Assembly (NCBI RefSeq): GCF_036321535.1
Contig: NC_087472.1
Span: forward strand, 103,046,001-103,110,000
DNA: 64,000 nt
From: Camelus dromedarius
Lineage: Eukaryota
Direction: 5' to 3'
This document shows positions 1 to 11,127 of this stretch, piece by piece; the first letter of the stretch is position 1, and each line of letters opens with the position of its first letter. A program made the translations under genes and the position numbers. The notes beneath the pieces were generated by a model that saw only the letters and a list, made by a program, of their open reading frames with translations, did no database searches and was not told where the DNA came from.

Positions 1-1619
1 CACTCCCCAAATTCTACACTTTACTCAGCTCTACACTGAGTTCACCATCTTTACCTCCAAGTGTCTTTTCAAAGTATTCCTTCCAATCATGCACAATGCT
101 GTGTGTAAGAGATGTTCTGGCAATATGGCTTTTTCCATCTTGGCAACATTTCCAATGATGTTTTAGTGCTCCAGTGATCTTTTACCCACCCACGCTTCTT
201 AGCCACTGTTGCCCTGGGGTAATGTCCATGCCTTTTTTTCCACTTTAGCATCAAATTAAGCATGGTAACAGATCACTTCAGCGTTGTCAGCAGCAGAGAA
301 GGTGAACTAAAACATGATCTGCAATTTTTCAGTTATCCTATAAAACTGTCAGCCTATCTTGTTTTACGGTCACCTCCGCCAAAGTTTCTTTGTGAAGTGT
401 TCACAAAGGGACATTAATTTTGATCCATATCTGAAGTAAGGGGAAAAAATCAAGTGTTTATACATAAATGCTTTCACTTCAGTGGGTGGAATGGACTATA
501 GATTAATGAACCTCATCAACAGAACATACTCATCTCCCTGTGAGGGGGAAAAAAACTTGTGTAATCAGGGAGTCAAACTCACTAGTGTTTAACTTTATGC
601 TGTTAAAATTGCTAAAAGCACAGGAGCAATGGTGACATCTTGTGTCAGGTTAAAAAGTAACAGGATCTTAATTCCTTGTGATGTCTACTGGGAGTACTTC
701 AGATGAGCCCAGCTAACATTCATCTTTATCTGCTCCATTTAGTGGCTGATCAAATAATAAAACAGGGGCCTTGGTTTCTCAAGTACAAAGATGATATCTT
801 CAGGAAAGACGGGGGAAACTCCAGCTGGCATTTCGCTCATCTAACTGCCACCTCAAGAATAGGGCAACCAGGAGTCCCAGTCTAGTTCTTCCACTCAGAC
901 ATTACACCTTGCCAGGATATCCTAGTAAAACACATGGGCTGTGGGCCCATCTGCCATCAATCTGAAGCAGACAGAGGAGAGCTATGGAGCTCTGTAATGA
1001 CTGCATTTAGTTATCTGACTGCCTGGAGCATTTTCTTCATCTCATTTCTTTGGCAGGCCTTGGAATGTCACATGACATGACTGGAACCTCTGGAGCCCAA
1101 TAGATGGCACATTAAACACTGCTGGTAGCAGATGCCTGGGAAGCCAAATCTCTTTGTTTTCATGTGCTCTTCATGAGAGCAGTGGTTCTTAACTCTAGCC
1201 ATACAAAATCACCGGGAGATCTTATAAAAATATCAATATCTGGATCCATTCCAGACCAATGAAATTAGAATTTCTGGGAGTTGAAGGCATACATTTTTTA
1301 AAAGTCCCCCAAGGGTATACTAGCATACAGCTCTCACTTGCCTCTTTTGCCCTGGGAAACCAGCCACCATATGGTGAGGAAGCCCAAGTCACATGGAGAG
1401 GCCATGTGCATCCTTGTGTTTAGAGATCTAGGCCTTAGGGCAAATCTCTGATTATTTTTTCTTAAAAAACAAACAATTAAAAAAAAACTTCGCAGAATTA
1501 CCAAGTCAGAGAGTATCCTTTAACATATGCATATTGATTAAAAATCAATAAATTTTTAATAATTAAAATAATTTATTTTGAAAAACACATTGCCAAATAA
1601 CTTTCCAGGAAGGTAGACC

Positions 1620-3068
1620 TTTCCCCAAAATAGTTCTCTGTCCTTACCATCTTGAATCCCTCTCCCCTCATTCTCCCTTAAACCCACTTCAATTACACCT
1701 TTGACCCCAACACTCCATAGAATCTGTTCTCCATAGAAAACAGCTCACTAACGATCTTCACACTCTTGACTTTATGACTGTCTTCTCTTACTCTGTCCTA
1801 GCAGCAACATTTGGCACAGTCTATAATTCCTCCTCCTTAATACCCACTTCTTCACCTGGTTTCCGGGATCCACCCTCTCTTGGTTTTCTTATCTCTCTGG
1901 TTAGACCTTCTCAGTCTCTTTGCTGAGTTCTTCTTCTTTTCCTGTAATGCTCCAGGGCTCAATTCTGGCTCTTTTTCCCTTCCCTATCTGTCACTCCATG
2001 TATGATCTCAGCTTGTCTCAAGGCTTTAAATTCTACGAAATGCCTTTATCATCTCCAAATATACTACCAGCCCATACTTCTATCCAAATTCCAGGCACTT
2101 TCATCTGACTGTATACTCAACAATTCCATGTGACAGACATCTCAAACTCAACATTTCCAAATCTTTTCTGCCAAAATCTTCTCTACCAGCAGCTGTCCCC
2201 TTCTCATGTAATGGCAACACGTGTCTTTCAATTGCTCAGGCAAAAAACCTAGACATATTCTCAAATCCCCTCATTTTCTGTCATGTCATATGTAATTCAT
2301 CAAAAAATCCTGAATGCTTTACCTTAAAAGTATATCCACAATTGAATCTCCTCTGACACTTCACTGGTACCATCCTGGTCCAAGCACCTGGCCTTTTGCC
2401 TGGCTAACTATAATACCCTCTAACAGCTTTCCTTGCTTAAACTTGTCCTTGCCACCCACCCCCCGCCGCCCCTCACCATACACACTAGCAGCCAGAGGGA
2501 TGAACCTCCTATAACATGTGAGAGGGAGCGGAATACATGAAACCAAAATATGCCACTCTGGCATGTGTATTATTTGGTTACAGCTTATGGTACAGTTGAT
2601 GGGATATAAGCCTTGCCATTAGGTCTTGTATCTTTGGGGCTCCCACACATACGAAATTAAATTTTTCCTCTGTTAATCTGTATTATGTCAATTAAATTAT
2701 CAGACCCAGCTAAAGAACCTAAAAGGGAAGGAGGAAAAATTTTCCATCCCTACACATGTCAGATCAAGATGCCTTCCCTGCTCAAAATTCTCCAGCAATT
2801 CCCCCTCTTCTCCCACATCCAGTGTCTCTTTTCCTGCTCCATATTTTTGTTTTTCTGTTGCTAGTATCACTTTCTAACACATTATATGGTTTGCTCATTT
2901 GTTGTGTCTTTTGTTTATTGTCTGTCTCTCCCCACTAGAATATAAGCTCCACGAGGGCAGGGATCTCTCTCTGTTTTCTTCACTCATGCATCCCAAGCAC
3001 CCAGAAGAATGCCTAGAACAATGAGGGCACTCACTGCATGTTTGTTGAATGAATGAATGAATGAATGA
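1620..3068 (+). mobile_element. L2 LINE remnants
   Basis: Pyrimidine-rich L2 ORF2/3' sequence ending ...ccactagaatataagctccacgagggcaggga...tgttgaatgaatgaatgaa. Confidence 0.72.
2519..2754 (+). mobile_element. MER34-like solo LTR (internally deleted) inserted in an L2
   Basis: ccaaaatatgccact.tggcat...tcctctgttaatctg...ccctaca with CATG TSD. Both ends are shared with 13128-13593. Confidence 0.7.
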
Positions 3069-4699
3069 AGGCTATTACTCTTTACCTTGGGACCTCTGTG
3101 ATCTATATGGCAGGATATCATAACTCCATTTATCTACCCCCTAGACGAATGGCATGTAGACAAGGTTTGCCCACCTGGCCCTCCACTTCTTCATGTAGAG
3201 TGTATCATCCTCTAGTTTCTCTTCAGGCTGCTTAGGGACCCTCCACTCAGGCCCCCTTTCTCTCACGAGAGGCTCAGCCTCCAAGATTAGGCCTTGTTCC
3301 TCTGCTGCCCCCATTCTGTCAGTCCCCTTCCTTCCACCTGTGAATGTCAGCAAGCAATCAGCAGGCAAGCTTCCAGTTAAACTAATTCATGAAGATCTTT
3401 GTGCTTGTTCCCTTCCCACAAGTCCCCTCTCTGAGCCTTCAGGCTCAGGATGAGCCTTAGCATTAGCTAAATTTGCTCTTATCCATTAGCTCTTCACCAT
3501 CATTATGTTACTCCCAAGAACATTCATATTTCACAGATAATGCTCCAAAAGGCAATGCTTACTTGTTGACAAATTCATACGGTATCCCAAGCCTCCATTA
3601 TTCATGATTCAGAACATGAAAAAAATATGATTTTAGCGATAAGAAAAGACAAAAAGAGGTAGTCCTTTCACTTATACATTCAATCATCAAATGTTGATTA
3701 AGCAACTATTATGTACAGCCACTGTGCTAGGCATTGGGGACAGATTGGAGAACAAGACAGATCAGGTCACACTCCTTTTGGAGCGCCAGTCCAATACCTA
3801 GATTTAAATGCTTTATGTAACGGTTTTAACATTAATTAACTAATTAACATTAATTTACATTAAATAACTTAAAATTTTCTTCAGCAGAAAATGCATAATC
3901 TCAATTATTAGACACCGTGATTAGTTTTTGTTTCTTTGCCAGTCAAAGTACAAAGGAAGTTTACGCTACTAAAGAAAGACTGTTAAAATAACCCACAAGA
4001 TCGGTTTGGGAAGAAAAAGCTGATATCCTAAGCAAAGCCAAAACATTATATTGCCTTCAGGTCAATGAAGGACCTCACTATTCCTCTGTTCTGAGCCAGA
4101 ACCACCCACAGAAGGATTAGAAATTGCACAAGCCAAGAATGACCTCTTTCTAGTTCATCTGTATTGTTTTTTTAGGGTGAGATCCTAAGTCTCATTGGTC
4201 AGGCTGTGAGCCTCCTCAGTTCCTTATTTTATAATGTGATGACTGGGTCTTTCACATGTCTTACCTGACGTAACCAGTGAGCCAGCTTGTGAGGAAGATA
4301 TTGCTATCTCCATCTTGCCAAGGAGGAAATGGCGGTTGGGAGAATAAAGTAATTTGCACAAAACTAAACCTGCTACAAGTGCTGGTGCCAGTATTTTAAA
4401 AACTCAATTCTGTCTGCCTCTTTAACTTATTTTATTTGCACTGTAACACAATGTCTCAGATTGCAAGTTTTGTGAGATCAAAATAAGTATCTTTCTAGTT
4501 CTGGTGTCAGAATGGAAGGGGCTCTTCTCTGTTCAAATAAGAAGAACCAAAAGAAGACTTAACTGGTTCTTGAAGTTAATAGCAGTAGAAATAGCATCAG
4601 TGACAACAGAGCATGGGCAAATCGTTTATTTTTTTTCCTGCATCTAAGATTCTTTAGGTGATAAATGGGAATAATAAACTAGAAAAAGCTCAAAGGAAC

Positions 4700-5220
4700 A
4701 CTATACAAATCAATCTAATGTTTTGACAAAAGAACACTAAAAATTCTTATATATCTCATGTATGTTAACAAGACTATTATAAAAAACTTGGAAATAATAA
4801 ACAACCAAAATGTCCATAGACAGGACTATGGATAAATGAACTGTGGTGTGTTCACCAAATGGAATATACGAACAGTAGTAAAAATGAATGAATTTCTGCT
4901 ACAGACAACAATATGGATGAATTGACAAATGTTAGAAACTTGGGAGAAAAAAACACTGCATATATTATGATGCCATTTTTATACAGCTCAGAAACTAGCA
5001 AAACTAAACAAACTGTTTAGGAATATATCTATATGTGGTAAAAGTGTTTTGTTTTTAATGAACGGGAATGCAAAATCCAGAAGAGTAGTTATTTTTGTGG
5101 GAGAATTAGAGCACACATATTAATGTTCCAGCCCGTGTGTTTATATGTTAATATTCTTCACTACTTACATATATATGTTTATTATTATATACATAAAATA
5201 TTATATAATTAAAAATTAAG
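4700..5220 (+). mobile_element. Old L1 3' fragment (L1MC/ME-like)
   Basis: Degenerate caaaatgtcc...ggataaat...atggaata...acaacatggatgaa L1 motifs. Confidence 0.65.
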
Positions 5221-5842
5221 ATAAAAATATTTTTTCTCTCATGATACTGTGAAACAAATTCTTAAAAGACCTTAAGACCAATCTATTTTCCTTGAAAAGT
5301 TAAGAATTTGTAAGAATTGAGAAAGAGGGACCACGTGAAGTCTGAATTCTAGTGCCAAGGACTCACAATGAATTTCTCCAGCTAGCCTTGAGAGCAGCCC
5401 TTATCCACTGATACAGCAGTTTCCTGAAACCCAGGCTCATCCTTCCAACCCAGCTCCAAACACCTTAGAATTACTGAACTGGTTCACGTTAGCTGGCCAG
5501 CTCCCTTCCACCAGATAAGACCATTTGACATATTATGTAACCACTTTTGAGAGTTTATCTTCTTATTCACCACAACAAATCTTCAGTCTGGAACACTGGA
5601 CAGCCATTTTTCAAACACTGGGAAAATAATGACTGTTAGCAACTTCCCATCATTCTTTGTGTCCTTGATGCTACCAGGAGAGAGTTCATGAGAGAACTTG
5701 GAAGTATTGGAAAAGTCTTTGGGGGCCTGGATTTATAATTGGAAGTTTTTCTTCTGAGTATAATTCCCTGCACTTTTATGGTCTGTTTTTAAGGAGAAAT
5801 GAAACAACTTGGTTTTTAATCCCTCTTATCCTCATGTCAGAG

Positions 5843-6050
5843 GAGTCGGGGGAGCGGGGAGGAGGAAGGAGAAGTGGGGAGGGAGGAAGGGAAGAGGGGA
5901 AAGGGTACATTGGAAGAGAGAATGTGAAGTGGGGAGATGAAGGGGAAAGTGAAGAAGGAATGGAGAAGGAGAGGTATACAGAGGGGAAGGGGACATGGGG
6001 AGTAGGGAAGGGAAGTGGGGAGGAGAAAGGGAGGGAAGGAAGGGAGGACA
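5843..6050. repeat. GA-rich polypurine low-complexity tract
   Basis: About 200 bp of almost only G/A on the + strand, with many GGG/GGGG runs. Confidence 0.9.
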
Positions 6051-6830
6051 AAGTGACTTAGTCTGAGGAACCACACCTCCATGTGCTATGCTAGATTATT
6101 TCCATATAGGTCCTGACAGCCTTGTGAGGTAAGCCAGGAAATTTGAGACCCAGTAAAGATAGAAGTCTTAAAGTGACAAAGTCAATAAGTGATGGGATTT
6201 AACTCCAAATCTTACTGACTCTGAAGCCAAACTATTTCTAAGTGCCCACCTCTGGGAACTGGAATTTCAGAACAAGGTAAAGCACCAAGGGGCAGAGGCC
6301 TGGAGCACAGCAATAAGATGGATACCCCAAATATGTGTACATCAGAAAGTTTCATCTCACTAAAAAGAAGAGAATTTGATCATTCTTGGACTAGTTTTGC
6401 TAGCAATATCATTGATCAGAAGGTAGACAAAAGAAATGGGACTGACACTTAAGAATAATTGGTTAAACGGAAGTGCAAAGAACCTTTGAAGAAAAAGATG
6501 ATAGCATTATCTAAAAATCCAAAAGGCAAGGAAGCTATAACTGGATGCAGACTTTTAAGAAAACACATTTCTACTGATTCATAGAAAAGACAGAATCACG
6601 GAAAAGATAGTGTCAGGGGACTCAAATTCAAGCCAGAAGCTCTCAAAATAGACTTCTGGCTATTTAATAAGAATACTATAATACCACTTAAGTCCAAAGA
6701 GGAGAAAGAATTAAAGAAACAAATTTTGCTATGAGCTCAGGTGTTTAAAAGGTTAAGAAATGGCCACACAATCTCTCCCAAATCACCATGACTCTGGCGA
6801 GGATTTCCAGCATCAAGAACAAAATGATAC

Positions 6831-7304
6831 TGTGAAGGAAAAACCGGGCTGGTCTAACAAGATAACTCACAAGTCTAGGAATGTGAAGAAGAGGCTGGGC
6901 TGGGCTGGGCTGGGCTAACAAGATAACTCACAAATCTAAGTATTGGAATACTGATCTGAGTTCTGCTAGACTAACTTGTAAATCTAAGTTAATTAGTGTT
7001 GGTCTGCTGTTCATGGTTTTTACTAGCCAGCTGGGTTTTCAAAGATACATATCTGGCTTTGGAATGTTGGTTTGCTGCCTCCCCGCCTCCACTTTTGTGA
7101 TGATAATGCTGCTAAAGCTGTTCCATGCCTATTGGCCTAATACCCCAAGCTTGTACTTTACCCTGTAAAACCCCATGCACATGTCTTGGAGGTGCTCAGA
7201 GCTTCGGAGCAGAAGCCCCTCTGAGCCCGCCGGCGTAATACATCTGAGTACTCCAACCCCCCAAGTGCTGCTTGTTTCTTGACTGGCCTGTCGTTTCCGT
7301 AACA
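6831..7304 (+). mobile_element. 5' LTR
   Basis: tgtgaagg...ccgtaaca. Direct repeat of 11745-12218 with 9 substitutions by eye. TATA position reads TGTAAAA (7164-7170), poly(A)-signal position reads AATACA (7237-7242). Confidence 0.97.
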
Positions 7305-7308
7305 TTTC

Positions 7309-7326
7309 TGGAGGCCCCAGTGAGAT
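7309..7326 (+). other. Primer-binding site, tRNA-Thr
   Basis: TGGAGGCCCCAGTGAGAT is complementary to the 3' end of mammalian tRNA-Thr(UGU) (...ATCTCGCTGGGGCCT-CCA) with one C>T mismatch, 4 nt after the LTR end. Confidence 0.85.
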
Positions 7327-7733
7327 ACAACCATGCCGGCCCCTTGAGCCGCTGAACTGGTGGCTCCGGCCGACCGGGGGATGGGATTCCGGCAGCGAAC
7401 GAGGTGGCGCCGCCCGACGGTATTCCGGGTTCTCCTTCGTGACGGCAACTTGGCCCCCCGGGTGGCTGGGCTACAACCAGAGCCAGACTCCGTGGAGGGA
7501 CGGACAGACTCACCAGGTGGCCGTCCGGACAAGGTCGGATTCCCCAGGAGGAATCAGGTCCTGTCCCATTGGACAGAAGAGGAGGCTGATCCCCTCCTAC
7601 AGGCTCTCCGTCTGATGGTATTTCAGACGGGGAAATCAGGTCAGGTATCAGGTCCTGTCCCAGTGGACAGAAGAGCAGGCGGATCCCCTCCTACAGGAAA
7701 CAGGATATTGGTATTGGTGGGAGGATCGTTGTT

Positions 7734-7857
<124 letters not shown>

Positions 7858-8675
7858 AATGAGCGGCCTGTGAAGCATGTGATCAGGCTCGAGTTTGTAG
7901 CTCCACGGCATTCTGCTACGGAGTTCGAGTGAGTCCCAACCTGCGGTTCCGTGGTGACCTCATATGGCTCAGGGCGGCATCGGTTCCTCAGGGTCCCGAT
8001 TGGAGTCAGCGGCTTATACTGACCTGCCAAAGCCAAGAGGCACCTTCATCCCCGCGAGGGGAGCGGCCAGGCGGACACAACGAAAACCCTCCTTGTCTTG
8101 TCTGAGACACCGGCACAGGGTGGCTACACTGGGAGGGAAAAGGACATAGATAGCCAATGAGTCAACGCCCCTGTGCTCTCGGAGGCTAGGATGCTATTTC
8201 TTTGAAAAAGTCTCCTACCTGATTCTGTCACAGAACTCCCAAGACTTATTGTTCCCCTACTGAACTGACCCAAGTAGTGCCCCTTTTGCCTAACCTCAGA
8301 CCCCCAGGACTCAAGTATAGAAGACGAATTCCTTTAGGACCGGGATCACCCGGCCTTGGAGGTCCCTTTTCTAGTCCATTTGCTTTACCATCCGCCATCA
8401 GTCCCACGCCCTTGATACGTTAGTTCAGGATATAGAGAGGATTTAATGAAGAAAGTCCCTGGAACTGCTTGAGGCCTTGAGCTCCAGAGACATCAGCTGT
8501 GACTGGAACCCAGACTCCCTGACCAAATTAGCCTTCAGACAACTCAGAGACCCAGCAAAAGAGCAGTCTCTCTGGGAACTCCGGTGTTTTGAGGAGTGAA
8601 GAAAGAAAAGCTATAAAGGCTACCTTCCCAAACATCTAAAGCAACAGATCTATTATCCTTAAACATCTAAAAAGA

Positions 8676-10449
8676 ATGGGAGGCTCTAAGTCGAAACCCA
8701 CCACTCTAGACTGCATGATTAAGAATTTCAAAAAGGGGTTCTCAGGAGACTGGAATTCGAATGACCCCTGGCAGGCTCCACACTTTGTGTGAGCTTGAAT
8801 GGCCGGCCTTTGGAGTCGGGTGGCCCTCAGGAGGAACTCTGGACCTAGCAACATTGCGAGCAGTCTATCAAATAATCACTGGAACCCCGGGCCACCCAGA
8901 TCAATTCCCTTACATTGACTCCTGGCTGAATATCGCCCAGACTCTACCCCTATGGATTCAGTTCTGCTTAAAAGAATGGACCTGGACAATACAAGATATT
9001 AGCAGCTCAGCCGGTCCAGGCCAAAAAGGACAGATTAAAAAAAAAAGCCTATTTTCCAGGGAGACACAGAACAAGATATGCCTACCCCCTCCAAATGCCC
9101 CCGGGGCACCAACACCTCCCCAACCTGAGGACCCAGAGGCAGAGCCCAGCCCCCAGCCTGAGCCGTAGGAAGGAGAATCCACTCAGCAGAAGCCAGGAAG
9201 CCAGCACCACCGGCCCTCCAAATGCTGCTGCGGGAGACACAAGGGTCACAACAAGTTGGGGAAAATGGGACTGTTCAGTCCGGGCACCCCGTACTCTGCT
9301 ACCAATCCTTTAGCACTACAGCCCTTCTCAATTGGCGCCATCATACTCCTTCCTACTCTGAAAAGCCGCCCAGCAACAGCAGCAGCAGCAGCCCCCGCAG
9401 CCCTGGCATTGCCTCCACCTCGGCCGCCGCCTCCATGGCAACTATTGGGGAGCGCCGGCCCCTGCCCAGTCCCGAAGCGATGCTGGGACAGTCTTGGGGC
9501 TCTGTCGCAAAGTCGTGCGAATACTTGGTCTCTGTCCAGCCCACGATGATTTCTACTTGGTGGTATGTGACGACTGTAATCAGGCTGCCAAGCCGTAGGC
9601 TATGAGTGACCTCATACAGTCTATCTTCCATTCTCACCGGCCCACCTGGGAAGATGTCCGCCAGCTGCTTCTGACTCTTTTCAATACGGAGGAGAGGAGA
9701 CACATTCTCGCTGAAGCACGAAAATGGCTGCAGGGCCGAGCCCCTGGGGACACAATGGATGTTGAGGGGAGGGCCATGACACATGCCCCTGACACCAGAC
9801 CAGATTGGGACTTTAACACCCAAGAAGGAAGAGAAGTGCTGCGTGAGTACCGGGAGGCCATCCTACAAGGGCTAAGAGCGGGAGCCAAGAAGCCAACTAA
9901 CATGTCTAAAACTGACCACGGTGACCCAGAGGCCAGACGGAACCCCACTGACTTCTATGAGAGACTATGTGAAGCATTCTGAGTCTACACTCCTTTTGAT
10001 CCTGAGGCCCAAGAAAACCAGCAGATGGTCAACGCTGCCTTCGTAGCCCAATCATACCCAGATATACGCCGGAAACTCCAAAAACTGGATGGATTCGCAG
10101 GGATGAACGCTACATAGCTGCTGGAAGTAGCAAACAAAGTTTTTGTAAACCGAGAACGGGAAGCCCAACGAGAAGCAAACCAGCGAATGAAGCAGAAAAC
10201 CGCACTCCTTGCAGCAGCCCTGGGGAAAACAAGCTTCAGCCAGAATCCTGCACCACCCCGGAAGAGGGGACCCCAACCATGGATGCCCCTGGGCCGAGAC
10301 CAGTGCGCATACTGCCGGGAGACAGGACACTGGAAGAACGAGTGCCCGAACAGAAAGGATGGAAAGAGAGCACCCCCAAAAGGCCTACTTATCAGCTGGA
10401 GCCACCAGCCAGTAATCACATCGGACTGGCTGGGGTCGACTCAGAATAG
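8676..10449 (+). pseudogene. gag: ERV gag (MA-CA-NC), frameshifted and interrupted
   Basis: MGGSKSKPTTLDCMIKNFKKGFSGD (myristoylation-type start), EWPAFGVGWPSGGTLD, GHPDQFPYIDSWL, HRPTWEDVRQLLLTLF, FYERLCEAF, NC knuckle CAYCRETGHWKNEC (10304-10345), amber stop at 10447-10449. Several frameshifts and stops. Confidence 0.95.
9365..9600 (+). pseudogene. ATXN7: Captured host-gene fragment: ataxin-7 N-terminal coding sequence (polyQ tract plus zinc-finger region) inside gag
   Basis: Reads QQQQQQQPPQP / PGIASTSAAASMATIGERRPLPSPEAMLGQSW / GLCRKVVRILGLCPAHDDFYLVVCDDCNQAAKP*A. This matches ATXN7 (polyQ...PGAASTSAAAMATVGERRPLPSPEVMLGQSW...GLCREDMPIFGFCPAHDDFYLVVCNDCNQVVKPQA) as recalled. Confidence 0.92.
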
Positions 10450-10685
10450 GAGAGACCAGGCTCCCTGACCCTGGGCCCCCGGGAGCCCAAGGTCAAGATG
10501 TTTATAGGGGGCCAACCAATGACTTTTATGGTAGACACAGGAGCAGAGTATTCTGTGGTGACCCAACCTGTAGCCCCCTGACCAAGAAAAAGGCGACTAT
10601 TATAGGGGCTACTGGGGACTCAACTGCCCGCCATTTCTGCCAACCACGATCCTGTCGAGTAGGGGGCCATCTAGTGACACATGCC
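10450..10685 (+). pseudogene. pro: ERV protease (truncated)
   Basis: In frame after the gag TAG: ...VKMFIGGQPMTFMVDTGAEYSVVTQP, with catalytic DTGA at 10534-10545. Confidence 0.92.
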
Positions 10686-10689
10686 GTTA

Positions 10690-10940
10690 TTCACTGTAAG
10701 GGGCCATATTTAGTGGCATTAACTACCCCTACAGCTGTTAAAGTTGCAGGAATCATCCCTTGGATCCACCACTCCAGGGTCAAGAGAGCGACTGCACCTC
10801 AGACAGAGGGTCCCTGGAAAATTGAGAGTGTCCCGGGAGACCCGCTCAAGATCAAGATCAAGAGGGACCAGAAAAGGATCGATGAGCCCTGCTCTAGCCA
10901 CACCCGGAGGCTGGCTAGTCAACACACGGCCGAAGCTTGA
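10690..10940 (+). pseudogene. pol: ERV integrase C-terminal remnant (RT, RNase H and IN core deleted)
   Basis: KGPYLVALTTPTAVKVAGIIPWIHHSRVK (GPY/F domain) is fused directly to protease sequence. Confidence 0.9.
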
Positions 10941-11127
10941 GGAAAGCTCAACGCAGCTGTTAAATGTATTAATTTTGTGCTCCCTTGCCTCTTTCCTTGT
11001 TTGCTATACTAGTCTGCGTACTAGCAGTGGGGCTAACTAGCGCCGCCCCACCTGACTGGAACATAGGCCATAGAATCCTAGTACCTATTTTATATCTTGT
11101 TATAATTAGTGCCATCACTGCAGCATC

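Noticed and set aside
5776..6082. Pro/Ser- and Gly/Glu-rich ORFs
   Set aside because: Translation of the polypurine low-complexity tract.
9365..9600. ATXN7 segment as a true exon or an L1-made processed pseudogene
   Set aside because: No splice sites, no poly-A, three non-contiguous pieces in shifting frames, and it is embedded in gag with microhomology ends.
9222..9605. Functional Gag-ATXN7 fusion protein from this copy
   Set aside because: Upstream gag is frameshifted, the CAG tract is read as poly-Ser in the gag frame, the insert is 227 bp (out of frame), and there is a TAG at 9596-9598.
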